From the NCBI GenBank assembly GCA_045633705.1, contig JAZQYV010000010.1:129669-193668 (forward strand): DNA of 64,000 bases, given 5' to 3'. This DNA is from Candidatus Onthoplasma sp. (GTDB lineage: Bacteria > Bacillota > Clostridia > Christensenellales > UBA1242). Below the pieces are notes generated by a model that ran no database searches, had not been told where the DNA came from, and saw only the letters and a program-made list of their open reading frames with translations. Below are positions 28,207-36,759 of the stretch, in pieces. A program made the translations under genes and the position numbers. The first letter of the stretch is position 1. The number at the start of each line of letters is the position of its first letter.

Positions 28207-31200
28207 ATGGAAGAAGTAAAAAGTAAAATTGTGGTTGGCGGAGAAACTACTAAAAAGGGGATTAAAAGTAGTGCATATCAACAAATAAAAGCTGATAATG
28301 CCACACATATTAAGGCAGTTACTAAAACTGTAGTTGATAAAGAAACCGGCAAGCCTAAATCTATTGTAACAAATGAATTTATTGAAATAAAAGATACTAT
28401 GCGATTTATTAGAGTAAGGATAAACTCAGAAACAGGCTCTCCTGTTGGTAAGGGCGAACTTATTCATTATACAGAAATTAAGCCAGATAAAAACTACAAA
28501 TATCAATGCGTTGATGGTGAAATTTTGTATATGATTGAATCTTTGATGTTTAGCAAAGTGTCTTTTATGCGCAATGATCCAAGCCCCAAATCAACACATT
28601 ATAAGTGTGCTGATGGTGTGTATGTTAGAAAAGACGAAGTCCAAGTTCCAGCATACAAGATTGTGGATATGCCTATTGGGCACAACCTAATCCAAGACAC
28701 AATTCATAATAATAAGCATTACGTAGAAATGGCTAAAATAGAAGTTGATGGTAAGGTGATGGAGGTTGCAAGCGATTTTGTCAAATCCCAAGGCGACAAG
28801 CATTATTGGTATCACAAGGACAAGCATGGTAAGGAAGTAAGGCAGGAATGCGACCGCATTGGTGTAGAGAAGAAGTATGTAAACTATGTTATGGTTGATG
28901 GTAAAACTGTTGTTAAATTAGATAAGTTAACTGCTGATTCAAATGGTGAATATGTTGTTGATTTAGGTGAAAAGGGCAAGGTTTCGGTTGCAAAAACTGA
29001 AATTGATGTTAAGGGCTTGTTTGTTGAGGGAGCTGCAGTTGGTGCAACTAGAGAAATAAAGGCAAATCCTACTAATAAAGATGTCGCAACGGATATAAAC
29101 AACGCTACATTTGTTTTTGATAAAAAGAAAGGCATAACAAGGATAATTGCCAACAAAAATGATGGCTATGCGGTTGTTGTTACTGGTTTAGGTAAGGATT
29201 CGCATTATGAGATTATACTTAAGCACAACACAATTAGGTTGGAAGATGTTTTAGCAAGGTTAGAAGCTTGGTCAAAATCCAACAAAGACTATCAATTTAA
29301 TCGTCACACTAAAGACAGCTTTAATGTTAGAAGAGTTGAAAAGTTTGAAATAATTGATGCCGCGGAAGAAGGTATAAAGATTGTTTATCCTGAAATGGGT
29401 GAAAAGGCATTGGCTGAAGATGTTAAAGTTAAAGATGGTCAAGTTATTGCTTGTACTTTAAGTGGCAAACAGTTAACAGATATTAAGTGGTCTGATGACC
29501 TAGACTTCCCACGCATAGAGGAATATACGATAGATGGGGTGACCATATCTAATATTGAGTGGACAGGAGAAAAGATTGGCAGTTGTGTGGTTTCATTTAA
29601 AGATGAAAATGGAGAATCGAGAATTGTTAATCTTAAGGGAACTGAACTTGAAAAGTCAGCCTACAATGCATATGCTATTAGAAATAGTAAAAACGTACAG
29701 GTTAGAGATTTAAAAATTGATTCTACCGAAACTGAGCAAACCACACTTTCATTTAAAATTGGTGATTACACAATTACCAAAGCTGAATATGATATTACCA
29801 ATAAAAATATAGGCAAATGCGTGGTTCAACATAAGAATGGGCCTGAGCAGGTTATTGATTTAAGTGTAGACCCAAGATTCAAGCATTTGCAAATGGCTAT
29901 TCAAGTTTCGCTTGATGCTGACAGAGTTAAACCATTGTTGGAATCAAGATTGGTTGAAAAGAAAGATGGCAAGTATGAAAAGGTGGCAGACGTTGTTCAA
30001 ACCGGTCCAATAGAAAGTAATGGCACTGCTAGTGCAGAAAAATTGGATAGTCTTGAACAGGCTGTTAAAGCGCAAGAGGAATTTACGGAGAAGCCTTACC
30101 CAACCTGGACTATAGATTCCAAAGGCAAAATTCATCAAGTTGATGATGTTAAAAATTCTTATAGTGGCGAATCTGAGTTTGAGTGTGAAGTTGATTATTT
30201 TAAAAACCTAATCGGTAAGGACAAGATAGAAGTTAAAAAGGGTAAAATAGTAATTGACCCTAAAGCTGGAAATGAGCGTAGGAACAATCAATTATTTGTG
30301 GGTCTTGCATTATGTTCAAACTTTTTAACAATGCCAATAGGATTATGTATTTTAGGTGCTGGCATTGTAACAGCAATAGCTGAACCCATCAGAAGGGCAA
30401 TAAAAGAAAGAAGGCTTAACAATTTGACTGTTGAAAAAGTTATGGCAAAAACTAGAGAAAAAGTTAAAGCTCAATGCCAAAAGAATATTAAGAAGCTAGA
30501 AAAAGAATTTCGAAGAAAGGTGGCTTGGGGCAAAAAGAATATGAGCTCGGAAGCCTTCAGGGAATACCAAGAAAGGGCAAGCGCGGAATTTATGACCAAA
30601 ATGTCGGCAGAGGCTACTAAGATGAGTATTTATGGCGAAGGGGCTTTGGCATGCAATTTTGATTTAGGAAAGAAAACTAAGTTAACCTCTGAAAATATGC
30701 TTGGTTGGATTGCTGGCAATAATAAAAAGAGAGAGCTTGTTGAAGGTAAAAAGCCTAGTTCAAAATTTAAGTCTGCATGGAAAACTAGAGTCATTTCTGC
30801 AGAAACTGGAAAACATACTGAAAAAATAACTGCTGAGAATGTGCAAGAAGCGGTTGCTGTGTTAGAGTCGCTTGGAGGTAGAAAAGAACATATTAAGGCA
30901 TATAAGTTGCGAATGAAACATGCTGATGTTTTTAGAATGAGTGACAAGAACTTTACAGATGCAAACCGCCCAGATTTGGAAGCTTATAAAATGGAGATGA
31001 GGGCTGATTATTATAGAAGTGTGGCAGAAGACGGATGGGCAAGCATTGATGACAAGGTTGATGCATTTAAGAGAAGTGAGGAATTTACACAATATACAAC
31101 AGCTAAGGAACGCAAGGAAGCCATAGAAGGCAAAAGGTCAGAATTGACCAAGAAAGCAAATTCTACCAAAGTTACTGGAGCTGAATTTGGGGAGGTTGAA

Positions 31201-32316
31201 GACAAAAATGGTAATTTGATGTCTGATGTATATGGCCAAAAAATTATGAATAAAGCAGCTCAAACTGTTAGCAAAGTTCTTAATACAGAATTAAATGCAG
31301 AAGAAGAGGTTTATGGCACCACATTGGCAGAACAAGTTTGTCATGTGGCTGGTGGCTCAAATGTGCGTAGATTGCGTCATGATGCAATGATTGCGCAATC
31401 TGAATTTGAACAAGTTAAAGACCAACAGCAAAATATTGACAATGAAATTATGTCAATAAAGGATAGATCGGCGATTGCTATAAAGCAAGGAAATTATGAA
31501 TTGGCATATATGTTACAAACAGAAATTAAGTCTAAAGAGCAACAATATAAAGATGAGCTTGCTAGAAGCAAAAAGAATATTGAGGGAAGACTTTATGGAG
31601 AATTGACTTCAGGGCAGGGCGGAGATTTGTCAAAACGTTTGGATAAGTTAATGGTCGTTAGCAGGACAATTGACAAGAGATTGCAGACTGCAAAAGAAGT
31701 GGCGCAAAGAGAGCATGAAAGAAGAGTTAAATTGTGGGCGAGTGAGGAATTTGTGTCAAAACACTCAAAAGAATTTAACGATTATGTAGACGATTTGCGC
31801 AAAAAGGCTCCAAATTTAAATTTTGATAATGAAAATGTTGTTCGTGGGGTGGTGGCATCATTTACTTCAAATATGTTAAGTAAAGAAATTAATGCAAATG
31901 ACGACCAAAGAGAAATTTATCAAGAACAAATGGATATGCTCATGGTTAAGCATAACATTGAGGAAAATGTAGCAGCGCAAGCCTACTGTGAAGATGCTGA
32001 TGTTAAGGCTAAATATGAAGAATATTGTGCAAAAAACCCAAGCTTAAAGCCTGAAGAGGCTAGATTGTGGTTCTATGCAAAGCGCAAGCGTGAAGATGCC
32101 GTGGCTGTTGATAAATTTAAAAAGGCCAATAAGGACAAGCTTGAAGAATGTGCTGTTAAGCGCCTTGAAGAAGGTAAGCTTAAAGAGCATCAAAAGAAAG
32201 ATAGAAAACTTAAATTGATTAAGGGGAAAAGCAAAGAAACAAATGCAACGGCTAAAGTGTCAGCAACTGCTGCTCCCGTCGCAGCTCCTGCACATGAAAT
32301 TGGTCACACTGCATAA
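28207..32316 (+). CDS. giant orphan protein (1369 aa) with a central hydrophobic hairpin
   Basis: Uninterrupted 4.1-kb ORF with AGGAG SD, its own promoter and terminator. No signal peptide. Hydrophobic segment at about aa 696-727. K/E-rich helical C-terminal half. No domain recognised. Confidence 0.85.
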   Translation: MEEVKSKIVVGGETTKKGIKSSAYQQIKADNATHIKAVTKTVVDKETGKPKSIVTNEFIEIKDTMRFIRVRINSETGSPVGKGELIHYTEIKPDKNYKYQCVDGEILYMIESLMFSKVSFMRNDPSPKSTHYKCADGVYVRKDEVQVPAYKIVDMPIGHNLIQDTIHNNKHYVEMAKIEVDGKVMEVASDFVKSQGDKHYWYHKDKHGKEVRQECDRIGVEKKYVNYVMVDGKTVVKLDKLTADSNGEYVVDLGEKGKVSVAKTEIDVKGLFVEGAAVGATREIKANPTNKDVATDINNATFVFDKKKGITRIIANKNDGYAVVVTGLGKDSHYEIILKHNTIRLEDVLARLEAWSKSNKDYQFNRHTKDSFNVRRVEKFEIIDAAEEGIKIVYPEMGEKALAEDVKVKDGQVIACTLSGKQLTDIKWSDDLDFPRIEEYTIDGVTISNIEWTGEKIGSCVVSFKDENGESRIVNLKGTELEKSAYNAYAIRNSKNVQVRDLKIDSTETEQTTLSFKIGDYTITKAEYDITNKNIGKCVVQHKNGPEQVIDLSVDPRFKHLQMAIQVSLDADRVKPLLESRLVEKKDGKYEKVADVVQTGPIESNGTASAEKLDSLEQAVKAQEEFTEKPYPTWTIDSKGKIHQVDDVKNSYSGESEFECEVDYFKNLIGKDKIEVKKGKIVIDPKAGNERRNNQLFVGLALCSNFLTMPIGLCILGAGIVTAIAEPIRRAIKERRLNNLTVEKVMAKTREKVKAQCQKNIKKLEKEFRRKVAWGKKNMSSEAFREYQERASAEFMTKMSAEATKMSIYGEGALACNFDLGKKTKLTSENMLGWIAGNNKKRELVEGKKPSSKFKSAWKTRVISAETGKHTEKITAENVQEAVAVLESLGGRKEHIKAYKLRMKHADVFRMSDKNFTDANRPDLEAYKMEMRADYYRSVAEDGWASIDDKVDAFKRSEEFTQYTTAKERKEAIEGKRSELTKKANSTKVTGAEFGEVEDKNGNLMSDVYGQKIMNKAAQTVSKVLNTELNAEEEVYGTTLAEQVCHVAGGSNVRRLRHDAMIAQSEFEQVKDQQQNIDNEIMSIKDRSAIAIKQGNYELAYMLQTEIKSKEQQYKDELARSKKNIEGRLYGELTSGQGGDLSKRLDKLMVVSRTIDKRLQTAKEVAQREHERRVKLWASEEFVSKHSKEFNDYVDDLRKKAPNLNFDNENVVRGVVASFTSNMLSKEINANDDQREIYQEQMDMLMVKHNIEENVAAQAYCEDADVKAKYEEYCAKNPSLKPEEARLWFYAKRKREDAVAVDKFKKANKDKLEECAVKRLEEGKLKEHQKKDRKLKLIKGKSKETNATAKVSATAAPVAAPAHEIGHTA

Positions 32317-32328
32317 CTGAATAAATAA

Positions 32329-32367
32329 AAGGGTTTGATTACAAAATAATAATCAAATCCTTTATTT
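32329..32367 (+). terminator. Rho-independent terminator after the giant ORF
   Basis: aagggtttgatta / taatcaaatcctt stem (one G-U pair) followed by a T-rich tail. Confidence 0.75.
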
Positions 32368-32431
32368 TTATTTAAAATACTTGACTTTTAAGCTTTTAGG
32401 ATTGTAATATAATTAAGTAAGGAGATAATTT

Positions 32432-32986
32432 ATGAAAAATATTTTTCGTAAACTTTTAGTTTTGGGGTTGGTAACTGTATCAGTTGTTGGTTTGAATGCA
32501 TGTGGAGCAAATAAAGATGATGAAAATAAGTTTTATATAGACGGACTTGAAACCGCATATGAACTGGCTGAAGAGTTTGTTGTAGTTGGTAAAACTTTGA
32601 ATATTACACTCAAAGATGGGACAACCAAAGAAGTTGTGGTAACCGAAGAAATGGTTAAACAAACCATCGATATGTTAAGTATTGGCGAACAAACGCTTAT
32701 TATTGAATATGAAGGTGTTGAATATAGATTTGTGGTTGAAATTGTAGATACTGTTGTTAGCTATAGTTTTGATGGTCAGATGGAGTATTTTGTTGACGAT
32801 AAATTTGATATCAGTATGATTTATATGAATGTTGAATGGAAAGGCGGCTTAAGTGAGATAATACAACTTAAAGAGAGTATGTTAGTTGTTGCTCCTGACA
32901 TGAGATATGCTGGAAACAAGACAATAACAATTGAATTTAAAGGAAAAGAATATCAGTTTTCGATAAGGGTTAATTCAAATAATTAA
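32432..32986 (+). CDS. lipoprotein with two beta-rich (Ig-like-looking) repeats
   Basis: Signal peptide ending in the lipobox-like LNAC. Repeated ..TLIIEYEGVEYRFVVEIV / ..KTITIEFKGKEYQFSIRV. Confidence 0.75.
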   Translation: MKNIFRKLLVLGLVTVSVVGLNACGANKDDENKFYIDGLETAYELAEEFVVVGKTLNITLKDGTTKEVVVTEEMVKQTIDMLSIGEQTLIIEYEGVEYRFVVEIVDTVVSYSFDGQMEYFVDDKFDISMIYMNVEWKGGLSEIIQLKESMLVVAPDMRYAGNKTITIEFKGKEYQFSIRVNSNN

Positions 32987-33133
32987 TTTGTAGAATAGGT
33001 CTTAAGTTTTATGGCTTAAGCCTTTTTTATATTAAATATTTTAAATTTTAATAGTAGTTTCATCTATAAAATTTGAAACAGTATTGACAATAACGGATTA
33101 GTGTGATAAACTCCCTCTAGATAGGAGAGAGAT

Positions 33134-33667
33134 ATGAAGACCAAGCTTGCAAAGCAATTTAAATCCCCAACAACAGATTTTGGAAAATGTCAAAGATTGA
33201 TAGATAAAATGTTAAGAGAATACAATATTGATATACAAACCTATAAATTGGGAGATTTGTATTGTGGAGAGTTATGTTGGGTTTTGGACAAACAGATAAA
33301 TGCATATGTAGAAGGCGGAACTAGTGATATCACTTTTTGTTTAAAGCCATTAGCAATAGGGATATTTGAATATCAACCAGCACACTTTTATAAATATATG
33401 TTTGTTGGCGGGGATTATTATTTAAACGTTGCAAGGGGACATAGATTTGTTTCAGATAAGTATAGCGATAATATTAAAATAATGAGAAGGGATATTATTG
33501 TTAACAGTAGCACTTGTAAAAAGCTAATGGATAAATTTGGGAAAGATATTATAGAGTTTGGATATAATGAAAACAGTACGTTAACAAAAGAAGAAATTAG
33601 AAAACTTGAAAATATGTTAACCGGCAAATACGCAGATTACATGCATGGCACAAGGCTTGTAAGATAG
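33134..33667 (+). CDS. hypothetical protein (177 aa)
   Basis: AGGAGAG SD upstream. No family recognised. Confidence 0.6.
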   Translation: MKTKLAKQFKSPTTDFGKCQRLIDKMLREYNIDIQTYKLGDLYCGELCWVLDKQINAYVEGGTSDITFCLKPLAIGIFEYQPAHFYKYMFVGGDYYLNVARGHRFVSDKYSDNIKIMRRDIIVNSSTCKKLMDKFGKDIIEFGYNENSTLTKEEIRKLENMLTGKYADYMHGTRLVR

Positions 33668-33746
33668 AGGAGTATAATATTTAAAGTTTAGTTTGATTGG
33701 GTAAATTAAAGTTTTAAACTAAGTTGTAAAAAGATATATAAAAATT

Positions 33747-33775
33747 TTGATTTTTAAATAAATATATGATATACT
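33747..33775 (+). promoter_or_regulatory. promoter of rplI
   Basis: TTGATT, 17-nt spacer, TATACT. Confidence 0.55.
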
Positions 33776-33796
33776 GAAGACAAGCGGAGGAAGATT

Positions 33797-34243
33797 ATGA
33801 AAGTTATTTTAATTAAAGACCTTAAAGGTAAAGGCAAAAAGGGTGATGTGATTGAAGTTAATCCTACCTATGCACTTAATGTGTTAATTAAGCAAGGCAT
33901 TGCAAAAGAAGCAACTGCTAACAATTTAAATGAAAATAGAGGACAAAAAAATGCACAAGCATTTCATCATGGCGAAGAAGTAAAAAAATATCAAGCCATT
34001 GCTGATAGTTTGAAAGACAAGGTACTAACAATCGGTTTGAAATTTGGCGCAAATGGCAAAGCTTTTGGTTCAATTACAAAACAAGAAGTATTTAATAAAC
34101 TTGTTGAACTTAAAGTTCCGGCAGAAAAAAAGATGATATTGGATTTTGAGCCTATTAAAACTGTGGGCGAGTATAAAGTTACAATCCAATTTATGAAAGA
34201 AGTTAAATGTGAAATTGCTGTTAAGGTTGAAGCAATTAAATAA
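33797..34243 (+). CDS. rplI: 50S ribosomal protein L9
   Basis: [21 protein letters not shown]... Confidence 0.93.
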   Translation: MKVILIKDLKGKGKKGDVIEVNPTYALNVLIKQGIAKEATANNLNENRGQKNAQAFHHGEEVKKYQAIADSLKDKVLTIGLKFGANGKAFGSITKQEVFNKLVELKVPAEKKMILDFEPIKTVGEYKVTIQFMKEVKCEIAVKVEAIK

Positions 34244-34251
34244 AATAAAAA

Positions 34252-34285
34252 AACTTAACCAAATTTAAATGGTTAAGTTTTTTTT
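34252..34285. terminator. terminator after rplI (symmetric A-run/T-run)
   Basis: aacttaacca / tggttaagtt stem followed by T8. Confidence 0.75.
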
Positions 34286-34301
34286 AATATTAAAAATGAA
34301 A

Positions 34302-34329
34302 TAAAAAAATAGACCGCTTATGCGATCTA
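34302..34329 (-). terminator. terminator after tRNA-Asn
   Basis: tagatcgc-ataa-gcggtcta on the minus strand, followed by T7. Confidence 0.65.
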
Positions 34330-34331
34330 TA

Positions 34332-34406
34332 TGGCGCCTCAAGTAGGGCTCGAACCTACAACCTATCGGTTAACAGCCGAGTGCTCCACCATTGAGCTAT
34401 TGAGGC
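34332..34406 (-). tRNA. tRNA-Asn (anticodon GUU)
   Basis: Reverse complement GCCTCAATAGCTCAATGGTGGAGCACTCGGCTGTTAACCGATAGGTTGTAGGTTCGAGCCCTACTTGAGGCGCCA. Perfect 7-bp acceptor stem, anticodon loop CTGTTAA. Confidence 0.9.
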
Positions 34407-34429
34407 ATGTAATCAATGATTACTTTGAT

Positions 34430-34458
34430 ATTTTAGCACGCAAAAGATAATATGTCAA
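34430..34458 (-). promoter_or_regulatory. promoter of tRNA-Asn
   Basis: Minus strand reads TTGACA, 17-nt spacer, TAAAAT. Confidence 0.6.
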
Positions 34459-34659
34459 CAGTTTTTGTAAAGTTTTTTAAAATTTTTGAATTATTTTTTG
34501 TGGTTTTGTGGTTTTAACTGCGAATTATAAGCTTTACAGTATTTTAATTTTAAACAAATAGTAGGGGTTTTATAAAACGGCCAGATGTTTGGTTTGTTAT
34601 AAGATTAACCATAAATACAAAATTTTCATACAACATAACGTATAATAAAGGAGAGGTTG

Positions 34660-35151
34660 ATGGATAATAACCCTATTGATTTTAAAGATTTATTTAATCG
34701 AATGCCGCAAGCCAGAGCAAGGCTAAACGGGAGTATTTTATATCCGGATATACAAGGAGATATATGGTTTTACCAAGCCAATGAAGGTGTATTTGTGGTG
34801 GCAGACATTAAAGGCTTACCAAACAATAAAGGCAAGTGTGTAGAGTCTATTTTTGGATTTCATATACACGAAGGAGATAGTTGTAGTGGAAATGCAACCG
34901 ACCCATTTGCTAACACTGGAGAGCATTATAATCCAAGCAGGTGTATGCACCCTCAACACGCTGGTGATTTGCCTCCGTTGTTTGGTGTAAATGGATATGC
35001 GTTTTTAGCCGCACTAACTAATAGATTTAAAATTGAGGAGATTGTTGGGAAAATGGTGGTTGTGCATTCAAAAGCTGATGATTTTACTTCGCAACCAGCG
35101 GGGAATGCAGGCATTAAGTTAGCCTGTGGTGAAATTAAGTGGTATAAATAA
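34660..35151 (+). CDS. sodC: Cu/Zn superoxide dismutase family protein, no signal peptide
   Basis: FHIHEGDSC, GEHYNP, HAGDLPPL, VVVHSKADD and GNAGIKLACGEI motifs. Confidence 0.85.
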   Translation: MDNNPIDFKDLFNRMPQARARLNGSILYPDIQGDIWFYQANEGVFVVADIKGLPNNKGKCVESIFGFHIHEGDSCSGNATDPFANTGEHYNPSRCMHPQHAGDLPPLFGVNGYAFLAALTNRFKIEEIVGKMVVVHSKADDFTSQPAGNAGIKLACGEIKWYK

Positions 35152-35262
35152 AGTTGAGGATAAAAATAAAATACGTGATAAAAAGCACACAATTATTGCA
35201 GGATATTATATTTGCTTTGTGAATTACGTGTTTTTAATTCGTGCGAAATTTGTCGAAAATAG

Positions 35263-35291
35263 TTTACTTTTAAGTATACGTTGTGTATAAT
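35263..35291 (+). promoter_or_regulatory. promoter of the Rho-like gene (leaderless geometry)
   Basis: TTTACT, 17-nt spacer, TATAAT, 6 nt, then the ATG at 35298. No SD. Confidence 0.5.
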
Positions 35292-35297
35292 ATGGTT

Positions 35298-36566
35298 ATG
35301 AAGAAGAGTAATAACCGCAACTTGAAAAGTTTAAAAAATATTAATAAGGTTAGGCAGATTGATGGATTTAGTCTATATCCTTTTTCGGTTGGAGATGTTT
35401 CAGATAAACGTAAATTTACTGATAAAGATTTAGAGGGTATACAACTTTTAACAGACCAAGAGGTTATTAATGCTAGTTTATTTGATTATTCGCTAGAAGA
35501 AAGTTTGGGCAATGAATATGCTTTGATGGATAGTGGAGTGTTAAGAAATGTTCTTACTGGAGAAGATTTAGGTATTTATAATTATGGTGCTATAACTTCA
35601 CAAGTTGACAAGGATGATATATTTGATACTAAATATGAGGGCGAGATTGATGAGTGCTGCATGTTGGCAGAAGACGACCCATTGATGGGGACGGAGACGG
35701 AAATTATTCATACTATTAGAGGATATTTGGAAGTTTGTTTACCCAGCAGTGAATTTAGTATTATTCGCAAAAATGTATTTGATAGCAAAGATGAAAATTG
35801 CGTTGTTTTTATTCCTCAAGGGTATGTAAAAAAATACCAGTTACGTAACGGTGATGAGATTGTTTGCAGTTATATAAAAGATAATGACAAATTTTTATTG
35901 GATTCATTGTTTACAATCAATGGAGTATATTATAAAGAATGGGAGTGTAATCGTCCATTTATTTACGAATTAAGTGCAGAGCATAAACCAGATTTGATTC
36001 CTGCGGAAGGGCGTTATTTGGGGGTTGTTGCTAAAAAATATGGTTTATACCAAGGCGATGGTGTATTTGTGTATATCAATAAAAATACATTAAAAGCAAC
36101 AGTTGCCAATAATTTAATACAAGAGCTTGCTCAACTGTGTGACAAGGTGGTATATATAAATCCTCAAGCAAGACCTTCTGATTGTATTGATGAAGGATAT
36201 AATATTGCAAAGTTTTGTATTTCGGCAAGTGAGAGCTCAAGAAATCAGAGACTTATTGCCTTGCTTGGCGCAAATTATGCTAAAAGAATGGTGGAGTTAG
36301 GACACAGCGTGATGTTGATTGTTGATGACATTAACAACATCTTGGCTCTTGATGAAAAGTTTGATGGAGAAATACCAACTTGCAAGACAATATTATCTAC
36401 AGCTTTGGCAACTAACCATGGTTCGGCAACATCGTTTGCATTGTCTCCTTTGCGTTTTGATACAATTAAGGAAAATCCATTGCAAAACATATTAGGTTGC
36501 TTTGAAGATTTGGGGATAGTTATTGATAATGGTGAAGTTGATTTATACAATAGTTACCGAGCATAA
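35298..36566 (+). CDS. divergent Rho-like protein with a degenerate Walker A motif. Start uncertain (35283, 35292 or 35298).
   Basis: By-eye colinearity with E. coli Rho from the OB/CSD region (IPQGYVKKYQLRNGDEIV vs [18 protein letters not shown]) through the RecA-like core (AKRMVELGHSVMLIVDD vs [17 protein letters not shown]). The P-loop is INKNTLKAT where Rho has PPKAGKT. Confidence 0.6.
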   Translation: MKKSNNRNLKSLKNINKVRQIDGFSLYPFSVGDVSDKRKFTDKDLEGIQLLTDQEVINASLFDYSLEESLGNEYALMDSGVLRNVLTGEDLGIYNYGAITSQVDKDDIFDTKYEGEIDECCMLAEDDPLMGTETEIIHTIRGYLEVCLPSSEFSIIRKNVFDSKDENCVVFIPQGYVKKYQLRNGDEIVCSYIKDNDKFLLDSLFTINGVYYKEWECNRPFIYELSAEHKPDLIPAEGRYLGVVAKKYGLYQGDGVFVYINKNTLKATVANNLIQELAQLCDKVVYINPQARPSDCIDEGYNIAKFCISASESSRNQRLIALLGANYAKRMVELGHSVMLIVDDINNILALDEKFDGEIPTCKTILSTALATNHGSATSFALSPLRFDTIKENPLQNILGCFEDLGIVIDNGEVDLYNSYRA

Positions 36567-36759
36567 AATTAAATAAAAGATGTAAAAGATTAAGGTGGCG
36601 ACATCTTAATTTTTTGTCAAATTATATGTTTTTATAATTTTAATGACTACTTAGATATGCTAAAGTGAGAGAATTGTGGGATTTGTTTGAGTTTAGTTAT
36701 TAAAATTTCTTTACTAAAATTTAATTTAGTGGTATACTATACTGGTAGAGAGGTATATT

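Noticed and set aside
27600-34460. A genomic island or prophage integrated at tRNA genes, because the segment is bounded by tRNA-Glu/Met and tRNA-Asn.
   Set aside because: I could see no integrase, recombinase or phage genes and no direct repeat of a tRNA 3' end. The segment also contains the core gene rplI. The tRNA context is noted only as context for the giant ORF.
36567-36759. Possible T-box leader upstream of glyQS. The sequence gattaaggtggcgac vaguely resembles the T-box AGGGTGGNACCGCG motif.
   Set aside because: The motif sits right after the stop codon of the upstream gene, about 170 nt from the glyQS start. An extended -10 promoter (TGgTATACT, ~36731) lies only ~25 nt upstream of the ATG. 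That leaves no room for a Stem I / specifier / antiterminator architecture.
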